Shown here: piece by piece, positions 34,870 to 49,331 of the stretch
Layout of the letters: the number at the start of each line of letters is the position of its first letter
Numbering within the stretch: the stretch's first letter is position 1
Assembly (NCBI GenBank): GCA_965240325.2
Contig: OZ251228.1
Location: 186,001 to 250,000 of the forward strand
From: Rebecca billardiae RCC1528
Lineage: Eukaryota > Protista > Haptophyta
Direction: 5' to 3'
DNA length: 64,000 nucleotides
Notes under the pieces: generated by a model
Told to the model about the DNA's origin: nothing
Databases searched by the model: none
Seen by the model: only the letters and a program-made list of their open reading frames with translations
Position numbers and translations under genes: made by a program

Positions 34870-36737
34870 ATACTGCTGCACGCATGATGGTAGTGACAGA
34901 GTACTGGCGGTACTGCTGCGCGCATGGTATGGTACTGCTGGGCGCGTGGTATGGCACTCACATGGTCGTATGGTATGGTACTGCTGCACGCATGATGGTA
35001 TGGTACTGCTGCGCGCATGGTAGCAGTATGGTAAGTACTGCTGCGCGCATGGTATGGTACTGCCACGTGCATGGTACAGTATGGTACTGCTGCACGCATG
35101 TTGGTATGGTACTGGCGGTACTGCTGCGCGCATGGTATGGCACTGCTGTGCGCATGGTATGGTACTGCTGCGTGCATGGTATGGTACTGCTGCACGCAAG
35201 AAACAAACAAGCGCGCAGGTGGTGGGAGCCAAGCAAGCAGACGCAAGCGCGCAGGTGGTGGGAGAAGCAAGCGCGCAGGTGGTGGGAGTGCTCGCAGGTG
35301 GTGGGAGAAGCAAGAACCAGCAGCTCGAAGCAGCAGGCACTCCGATGCGGCACCTCCCGAAGCTGCTGCATCCTTCTGACCGCCCGCGGTTTGCAGACGA
35401 AGCGTGGCCGCGACTACGAGCCGCACGCGCACGCGGTGCGCGCAGCGGTCATGGCGCTGGGTCCGGCGAGCAGCCGGGGTGAGGTTCAGGTACGAGGGGC
35501 ACACACTATTCCGCATGCGCCTTGGCACCGACCACGCGCCGCATCCACTGGGAGATCTGCGGCCGCAAGAAGCGCGCGCCTTGGCGAGGGCGAAGCATCG
35601 TAGACCCGCCACCCGGCCGGGGCGGTCCGGCACTGCTTGCTTGGTATTTGTCCGGCTTCCTCAGCTCATACATCATCAGTCCTCACTCCTTCACCGATCA
35701 CTGCGCACCGATCTCATGAAGGGAGCGAGCAACGGAGGAAGCTGAAGCACCTTCACAGGTCCTTGCTCTCTTGAAACAGTGAGGAACCGGAAGCAACCGA
35801 GAGGAAGCTGAACTGAGGAACCTTCACAGGTCCTTGCTCTCTCCGCAGCTTCATACTGTACGGTGTACCATGCACACAGCAGTACCATTGCCATACCGCA
35901 TGCGCGCAGCAGTACCATACCATGCTCGCAGCTGAGTACCATACCATCATGCGCGCAGCAGTACGGCCATCATGCGTGCAGCAGTACCATACTACCATGC
36001 GCACAGCAGTACCATACCATGTGCGCAGCAGTACCATACCATGCGCGCAGCAGTACCATACCATCATGCACGCAGCAGTACCATACGACCATGCTTGCAG
36101 CGCAGTACCATACCATGCGTGCAGCAGTACCATCCCTACCATGCGTGCAGTAGTGCCATATGGTACTGCCGGCACACATGGTATGGACTATGGTACTGCT
36201 GGGCGCATGGTATCCATGGCACTCACATGGCATGGTATGGCACCGCTGTGCACATGGTATGGTACTGCTGCAAGCATGGTAGTATGGTACTGCTGCACGC
36301 ATGATGGTATGGTACTGCTGCTCGCATGGTATGGTACTGCGGCGCGCATGGTATGGTACTGCTGCGCGCACTGTAGTGTGGTACTGCTCGCTCGGTGTGC
36401 ATGGTATATGGTACTGCATGGTATGTTATGGCCTACTGCTGCGCGCATGGTATGGTACTGCTGCATGCATGGTAGGTACTGCTGCGCACATGATGGTATG
36501 GTACTGCTGCGCGCATGGTATGGTACTGCTGTGCGCATGATGGCGGTATGGTACTGCTGCACACATGGTGGTATGTACTGCTGCTGCGCGCATGGTATGG
36601 TACCGTGCCGCGCGGCATGGTATGATACTGCTGCACGCATGATGGTATGGTACTGGCGGTACTGCTGCGCGCATGGTATGGCACTGCTGTGCGCATGGTA
36701 TGGTACTGCTGCGTGCATGGTATGGTACTGCTGCACG
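34870..36737. repeat. 22/25-bp satellite (GCGCGCATGGTATGGTACTGCT) in three blocks: 34870-35197 (+), 35865-36160 (-), 36160-36737 (+)
   Basis: Direct observation. Confidence 0.9.
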
Positions 36738-37350
36738 CAAGAAACAAGCGCGCAGGTGGCGGGACGGCCAAGCAAGCAGACGCAAGCGCGCAGGAGTGGT
36801 GGGAGAAGCAAGCGCGCAGGTGGTGGGAGTGCTCGCAGGTGGTGGGAGAAGCAAGAACCAGCAGCTCGAAGCAGCAGGCACTCCGATGCGGCACCTCCCG
36901 AAGCTGCTGCATCCTTCTGACCGCCCGCGGTTTGCCACGAAGCGTCCGCAGACTCGGCGAGCCGCACGCGCACGCGGTGCGCGCAGCGGTCATGGCGCTG
37001 GGTCCGGCGAGCAGCCGGGGTGAGGTTCAGGTACGAGGGGCGCACACTATTCCGCATGCGCCTTGGCACCGACCACGCGCCGCATCCACTGGGAGATCTG
37101 CGGCCGCAAGAAGCGCGCGCCTTGGCGAGGGCGCCACGAAGCATCCGGTAGACCCGCCTGCGCAGTGCTTCCGCACCGCCGGCCGGGGCGGTCCGGCACT
37201 GCTTGCTTGGTGTTTGTCCGGCTTCCTCAGCTCATACATCATCAGTCCTCACTCCTTCACCGATCACTGCGCACCGATCTCATGAAGGGAGCGAGCAACT
37301 GATGTAAGCACCTTCACTGGTGTAAGCACCTTCACGGGTCCTTGCTCTCT
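35100..37350 (+). repeat. Direct duplication of a ~650-bp block (35100-35770 and 36640-37350)
   Basis: Near-identical sequence from the satellite end through ...CCTTCAC(A/G)GGTCCTTGCTCTCTTG. Confidence 0.85.
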
Positions 37351-38018
37351 TGTAGTGATATGAACCGTGGCGGTCCGGCACTGCTTGCTTGGTGTTTGTC
37401 CGGCTTCCTCAGCTCATACATCATCAGTCCTCACTCCTTCACCGCGATCACTGCGCACCGATCTCATGAAGGGAGCGAGCAACTGATGTAAGCACCTTCA
37501 CGGGTCCTGCTCTCTTGCCGAACCGTGGCGGTCCGGCACTGCTTGCTTGGTGTTTGTCCGGCTTCCTCAGCTCATACATCATCAGTCCTCACTCCTTCAC
37601 CGATCACTGCGCACCGATCTCATGAAGGCAGCGAGCAACTGATGTAAGCACCTTCACGGGTGTAAGCACCTTCACGGGTCCTTGCTCTCTTGCCGTGAAC
37701 CGTGGCGGTCCGGCACTGCTTGCTTGGTGTTTGTCCGGCTTCCTCAGCTCATACATCATCAGTCCTCACTCCTTCACCGCGATCACTGCGCACCGATCTC
37801 ATGAAGGGAGCGAGCAACTGATGTAAGCACCTTCACGGGTCCTGCTCTCTTGCCGAACCGTGGCGGTCCGGCACTGCTTGCTTGGTGTTTGTCCGGCTTC
37901 CTCAGCTCATACATCATCAGTCCTCACTCCTTCACCGATCACTGCGCACCGATCTCATGAAGGGAGCGAGCAACTGATGTAAGCACCTTCACGGGTCCTT
38001 GCTCTCTTGCCGAACCGT
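37187..38018 (+). repeat. Tandem array of five ~158-182-bp units with alternating A/B variants
   Basis: Units start GGCGGTCCGGCACTGCTTG at ~37187, 37369, 37527, 37704 and 37862. Confidence 0.9.
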
Positions 38019-38047
38019 GAGGAACGAGCCGGTGGAGCAAGGGCGGT

Positions 38048-39122
38048 CAGGGCTGCTAACTCCCAGTGCCGCGAGTGAGAGGAGGTTGGGTATCGATCAA
38101 CTCGTGCGCCCTCGCGGCGCAGCGGCTATGTCTCCTGGGGCGCCGCCCTGGAGGGCGCGTGGGGTGCGCACGCCGCGTGCTCCTGCGCCCGCGGCAGCGG
38201 GCGCGGACACGGCGCGCGTGGTTGGTCGCATGCTAGACAGCACGTAGTACCCCCCCACGCCGCGCGCCGCGCTCGCCGGCGCCCTCGCCGTGCCTCAGGC
38301 CAGCCCGCGCCCGCGCGCCGCACCAAGATCCAGTTGTAGCCACGCGCCAGCCGCCGGCGCGCGCGCGGTGTGCGGTGCGGTCGGCGCGGGGCGGGCGCGC
38401 GCCCGGGGCGAGGCTCGTGTACGATCGGCGCGCGCCATGCCGCCACGCGTCGCCGAACACGAGCTTGATCACGTTCCACGCGGCTGCTGATGGGTGCTCG
38501 TCGAGCATTCCTCAGCCATCAGAAATGAGCTTGGACAAGCGGCTGTGAGCGCGTCAGTGCGAGGAATGCGACGACTTGGGGACTCTTGCGCCATCATAGG
38601 ATGCCAATCGTTCACACATCAGTGGTCTGCGCATGTCTATCGCGCTTCGCTGCCTTCCCGTGATCGTCTCAACATGAGCATTTTCAAACTTGGCCAATGC
38701 ACACTCGACAGCATGAAAACGCGTGCGCCGACCCATGCGGGCGCCAGCGTGGCGGCGCGTGGCGGCATGGCGCGCGCCGATCGTACACGAGCCTCGCCCC
38801 GGGCGCGCGCCCGCCCCGCGCCGACCGCACCGCGCACCGCGCGCGCGCTGGCGGCTGGCGCGTGGCCACGGCTGGCTCTTGGTGCGGCGCGCGGGCGCGG
38901 GCTGGCCTGAGGCACGGCGAGGGCGCCGGCGAGCGCGGCGCGCGGCGTGGGAGGGCACTACGTGCTGTCTAGCATGCGACCAACCACGCGCGCCGTGTCC
39001 GCGCCCGCTGCCGCGGGCGCAGGAGCACGCGGCGTGCGCACCCCACGCGCCCTCCAGGGCGGCGCCCCAGGAGATCGATACCCAACCTCCTCTCACCGGC
39101 GCGGCAGAGTTCGCAGCCCTTG
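38048..39122. mobile_element. Fold-back/MITE-like element with ~400-bp inverted arms and ~300-bp spacer; hAT-like CAGGGCTGC termini
   Basis: 38048-38454 is the approximate reverse complement of 38751-39122. No TSD found. Confidence 0.7.
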
Positions 39123-41046
39123 CGAGGAGGGATCCGACACTCCGGACCCTTGATCCGACCTTAGAATCATCATCATCACTACATCTCTTGCTGTTCCCGG
39201 GGACGTAGCTGGGGGAGTTGACTGACAGATTGCACGAAAAACCGTTGGCCCCAATTGGGATCTGACTAAACTGTATTCCTCGGGATACCTATTGGAAGGC
39301 CATCAACCTTGTAAGAATCACCGGACTTCGCGTGTCCTACCGGAAAACTCGCTCCGCTCGCATGCTTGTTCTTACAGAACAACCAATGCGAGCGGGGCTC
39401 GCGATAAAGAGGTCATCGTCAGCAGCCTCGGACGGCACGACGCAGCAGACGGCCACGGGGATGCCGCGGCCGCGCTGATGCTGCAAGTAGCGTATATGTG
39501 ATGCTGTAGAAAACGAGCCGTCGCGCTCGTCAAAAGTCCGAGGGCGAGGCCACCGCGCCCGCGGGACCGGCGTCGACCGCAGATCAGGTGTCGTCGGACA
39601 GCTGACTGACGGCGGCGGCGTGGCCGGCGCAGGCGTCGCCCGGCCGCGGCCTTGGCCCGCGCAGTCATTGACGGCACTCGGTCCCGTGGCATCCGAAGGC
39701 AGTGTCACAGACCATGATGGCGGCATACATCCGCGAGTCACACCCGCGGCCCCGCCGCCGTCCGCGTCCGCGCGCCGATGATTGCGGTCTGGCCGCGCGC
39801 GACACGGTCGTTCTTCTCCGGCGGATCCCAATCATGCTGCGGTGGAGGCGGCGACGGAGGCGGTTCGAAGCCGCGTCTGCCAGCGTGGAAGCGCGGGGCG
39901 GCGCTGCGGCAGAATGTGGCTGCGCCACTCCAGCTGCCGCCCAATGCGGCGTGGATATGCACGCGCGCTCCTCATGTGCGCAGTCGCGGGCGAGGCTCAC
40001 CGCCGAGCCGGGTAAGCACCCTCCGCCTACTTGACTGTCGGCCTGTCGACATGCTCTGCACGAGGACCCCGCGCCTTGCGCGCAGATGGCCAGCAGGCAC
40101 ACCCTTCCATCACCGATCACGGCGCCGCTGCTTGAGTGGCGAGCGCGAGCGCGACCGACAGCGCCGGCGCGCCGGGCCTGCGCCGTTCTGATGCCGCATG
40201 CAGCGCATGCGCTGCCACCAGCGAGGCCGTGGCGGGCTGCGATTGCCGCGCTCCAGCCGCCGCTGCACGCGGCACGGATGGCACAGCACGTGCCTCCACA
40301 TAGTGGTCGTGGCTGACGGTAGCCGCCTCGTCGGCCTGTGGCCGGTCGGCGTCCTCAAGTCCGCCTGCCGCAGTCGGCCTGCAGCAGCGGGCAGCGGAGA
40401 GGGTGTGGTGCAGCGCAGCGGTGACCGAGACGGAGAGGGCCACGCAGCCGGGCGCAGATAAGCATGGGTTGGACGCTCCCTTCGCCACGCTCATGAACGA
40501 CGACCTGCAACATCCCGCTGGCACTCAACGCCATCAAGGAAGCGTGAGCGCTCTCGTCTGACGAAATCGCGCAAAAGTGTTCCTCTGATACGCCGGACTC
40601 GTCGTCGCCCCCCGGCCTCCTCCCTGCAGGATCTACGGCTTTGGACGTGTGTGCCTTTGGCCTCTGCTTCGCTGACATGATTAGTGCTTTCGCGAGACTC
40701 TGATTCCAACCTGCTCAGTTTTCATTGTCTTTCATGGGACTTTACTCAAAATGTGGGTGACATGGTTCACTCGTTTCGGCCAATGGGAGCACTGCTTTCG
40801 TGATTTTCGAGAGCCTCACTTTTTCGCGAACACTCGTTTCGCCCCACAAGAAATTAACGCAATGGATGTAATCAGACAGACTGACTGGCGCCGGCGGCCG
40901 AAGCCGCCAGCCCTATACAGTTGACTAAGAACAAGAGAATAGAGATGCGCACTCACAGACACAGTACCCTGGCCAGCCCGCCCAATTCAACCACCCGACC
41001 CCCACTCCCACCCAACCTGAACCTCAAACCGCTTAGGACCGAGACA

Positions 41047-41173
<127 letters not shown>

Positions 41174-41174
41174 A

Positions 41175-43131
41175 AACTTTTCTGAGGATAGCGCACCAGC
41201 AAAATCCCTTGACCGCCATCCGGATTTTACGGAGGCCGCGTTTGGACGCAGAAACGCGCGATGGCGAGGCCCGCCCTCGCACCACCGCTCTCGCGAGATC
41301 GCGACCGTGCGACCTGCGGCGTTGCGCTCGACGCGCTCTTTCTGCTCGGAGGCCGCGAGGACTCCCAGGTGCGCCAGCTCGCGAGCGCGCACCTTCCTCC
41401 TCGCCGCGCTCGCCGAGCACGAGCCGATCTGCAGCAGATGTGCAAGGAGCCGCATGTGGCCTTCCTCGCGCGCGCGGCACGGCTGCACACGAAAATCGTT
41501 AGAGGGCACTTCTCCGCGCATTCTACATTTTGGGGAAAGAACGCCTGAACTGCACAAAAAGTGCCCTCTAACGCTTCCGCTCCTCGCCGTTGCGTGCACG
41601 CGCAAAGGAGCACTGCAAAGGGTGCGACTGGGAGCATTCCTTCTCCCGGGCGGCCACCACGGCCTCGGAGGTGGTGAGGAACGCGTCGGCGACCACGGCG
41701 TGGACCACCTCCGTCGCGCCGGACACTCCGGTCGCCCCTCGCCGGACTCCATCCTCGCTGCGCGCTGACCGTTTGCCGAGCGGGCTGCCCCGCCGCCTGC
41801 CCGGCGTGTGCCCGCGTGGTGACACAAGATGGTCGAAGGCGTGGCAGCGCGGTGGTGCGTGCGATCGGGGGACCCCACCTGAGCTACGACACGGGCGCGC
41901 GCGCTCATCCGTGCTCATCACGGTGGTGCACGCGCGCGTCACGCGCTCGTCGGCTGTCGCGCGCTGACGGCTGGGCTGCTTTGGGGTGTCGGCGGCGGCC
42001 ACAGCTCGCTGGTACGGGCGCGATGGTGGCTGCGAGTGGTACGCGGCGTTGCACCAGGTCCGTGTGCGTCACGCACGACGCTCGGCCGGCTCGCCCTCGG
42101 ACCATTGGCTGAGCCCTACTCGCCGCGCGCACTGCGCGCGGCAGCCGCTCCGCAGCTGCTCCGGGCACGAAGCGCGCCCCGCGCGCTGCACGTGGGCGCG
42201 ACGAGGTGGTGCAGCGAGCATGCGCGAGAGTGTGCGCGTGATGGGCACCACCATGACGATACTTGCCATGCACATCTGCCTCTCGCCACGCCTTCGTCAC
42301 GATAGCTGCGACTGCTGCCCGGAGGTGCGCTCGAGCGCTCGCGCGCGTTTGAATCTGGGCTCGGCGGCGATCGCGTGGACGAGGGGCAGCGCGGTGCACG
42401 GTGGCGGAGCGCGTGCGGAGCGCAGCCTACACCTCCTACACGCTCCATCCAGACACATCGCGCATGCTCGCGCGGCCTCCTCGGTCCATCACGTGCGCGT
42501 GCGCGCGCGAGCAGGTGTGCATTCGCCGGGCGCGTTCACGGCGCGCCGCGTTGGCGCGCGCGCACCGATACCCGTGCGCAGCTCGACGAGCGAGCGCGGT
42601 GTGTTTCGATGCGTATGGGGAGGCTCGAATTTACGCGCGCGCACGCGCCGGCCCTCGCCGCCCCTTCGCTCGCCCACGCCTCATCTGCGCGCTCGGCGTT
42701 TGCAGGCAGCTGCGCATTCTTTCCGACACGTGCGCAAACGAGCAGATGGCGCTGGGCGAGGTCGATTGGTGCGTCAGATATTCGGCAACGACCAGGCCCG
42801 CTTGTGTGCCGCCGCTCGTGCTACTCTCGACGACCACCTCTGGCTCGGTCGCGCGCACGAGGCTGCTCGCGGCCGAATCGTGCCGTGTACCGTCAAGCTG
42901 TACCGTGCGCAGCGAGGCGCACTCAGACGTCGGCATGGGCTCGCATGCGAGGGCCCGGCAGTGCGACGCGTCGATGGAGCATGCTCCGGATACGCTTCGG
43001 CGCACTTCCCGACGCGCACGAGCCGCTCGAAGGCGCGGAAGGGCGCCCAAACGGGGCAACCGCCATTTTGCGCCACTTCGGCCCGGATGGCGGTCAAGGG
43101 AAATTGCTGGTGCGCTATCCTCAGAAAAGTT
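41175..43131. mobile_element. Non-autonomous TIR transposon, ~49-bp TIRs, TA (or decayed TTAA) target
   Basis: AACTTTTCTGAGGATAGCGCACCAGCAA(A/T)(A/T)TCCCTTGACCGCCATCCGG at both ends. TA at 41173-41174 and 43132-43133. Confidence 0.85.
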
Positions 43132-43133
43132 TA

Positions 43134-44255
43134 ATCATAGGGCGCGCTCCCGATCGGCAGCGCGGCGGTCCACCACCAGGGTGAGTGGCTCGAGATCGCG
43201 GCGCGCGCGCTCGGGATCCCCAGCCCGGTCTGCGCGCCGCTGGCCCAGGCCGGGGCGTACGTGCCCACGCGCTCGGGTCCTGGCATCCGGGTGGACGCGT
43301 ACGGCGACGCGCTCCTCAGCGCGTCCGGCCGCAACGCGCTCCCCGGCGACCACGTCGCACGCTACCGGCACGACCCGGTGATCCGCGTGCTGGCGGGGTT
43401 CTTCCGCACGTACGCCGGTGTGTACGCCGTGCCGGAGGACACCTGGATCTTCGGCTCGGTGCACGCCCAGTCCACCGCCCAGGCGCAGGCGGTGCTCGGC
43501 ACGGACCGCAAGCGCGTGCCGGTGGTGGACCTGAGTGCCGAGGTGCACGGCAACTGTACCCTGTTCGAGGTCAAGACCATCTCGCTGAGCCAGTCGCGCT
43601 ACAGGGTGAGCGACGGCCGCAACGGTGCGGTGCGCCACCGCGCGGAACTCGTCCCGCGCGAGCGGCGCAAGCAGCTGCAGCTCCTCGACCGCGAGGTCTA
43701 CGGCACGCTTGAGGGCCAGGTGGGCCCATACGAGGCGCGGCTCGACACCTTCCCCGCGATCGTCCCGATTGTCGTGGGGGCGTTCGGCGAGTGGAGCGCG
43801 GAGGTGGACCTCACCCTCAAGAAGATCGCCAAGATGGGGCGGGACACGTGGCGCGCGCGCCTCAGCGCGCCCTCGCGCCCCGCCGCCGAGCGCGCGCTGC
43901 TCGGCACCATGCGGCGCGAGCTGGGCATGCGCTGCCTGCGTGGCCAGGCCAAGATGCTCATCGCCCGCGCGCGCATGGCGCACGTGCGCCCGGGGGCACG
44001 CGCCCGCGGGGGCGCTGCATACGACGACTACTTCGAGACGACGGCTGACGACGCGTGGCACCGCGACCACCGCGGTGGCGCGTGCGCGTCGACGCCAGAC
44101 GGTGCGTCGAGCTTCCGCTCGGCGATGGAGTGATGGGCGACTATGAGGGGGGGGACGACGGCGAGGAGCGCTGATCCTGGTGTTTGTCTCTGCTGCTCGA
44201 TCTGCTGCTACAGCTTGCTGACTCTGACGCCTGCCCGTTGCATACCACGTCGTTA
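43134..44255 (+). mobile_element. 5'-truncated CRE-like non-LTR retrotransposon (restriction-like endonuclease domain plus 3'UTR)
   Basis: Open frame 43141-44133: ALP...EWLEIAARALGIPSP, VDAYGD, RHD, VPVVD...FEVKT (PD-(D/E)xK-like), PIVVGAFGEWSAEV. ~120-bp 3'UTR ending CCACGTCGTTA then (TA)n. Confidence 0.8.
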
Positions 44256-44265
44256 ATATATATCA

Positions 44266-48970
<4,705 letters not shown>

Positions 48971-48990
48971 ATATATATATATATATATAT

Positions 48991-49125
48991 AGTGCCCGCC
49001 TGACACTACCACTCCACCGTGTGGACAGCCCGCCTCTCGCATTGAGGGGCGGGCGGGGGTATGCGCCATTAATATTTAATTCATAATTGCCATAATTGCC
49101 AACACGGCAACAGCATACTGAGCCC
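48991..49125 (-). repeat. Dispersed element terminus homologous to 13390-13467
   Basis: Shared GCATACCCCCGCCC...GAGGCGGGCTGTCCACA..GGAGTGGT..GTCA..GGCACT. Abuts (TA)n. Confidence 0.6.
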
Positions 49126-49331
49126 AACAAGTGCAGGAGTGTCACAGGGGTGGTCCCGGGACGCGGGTACACGTAGCAGCAAGACACTAGACATCAGTGC
49201 TGCACTGCCTTGATATATATGCAATCAATTCGTTCGCGGATCATCGAGCAGTCATCGTCAATCAGAACTCCGGGCGTCGGCGAGCCGATGATGAGCTTCG
49301 GTGATGATGGGTGAGTAGCTAGTTATATATA

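Larger units (their letters stand above)
32723..40864. mobile_element. Candidate large decayed TIR element enclosing the satellite block
   Basis: ~36-bp imperfect IR CATTGCGTTAATnnnnnnGTGGGnCGAAACGAGTGTT at both ends. No TSD visible. Confidence 0.4.

Noticed and set aside
34782-37285. Many ORFs with WYCC/QQYH/AAVPY repeats
   Set aside because: Translations of the 22/25-bp satellite; the unit length is not a multiple of 3.
34870-38018. CRISPR-like array
   Set aside because: Repeats are contiguous with no unique spacers, there are no cas genes, and the context is eukaryotic.
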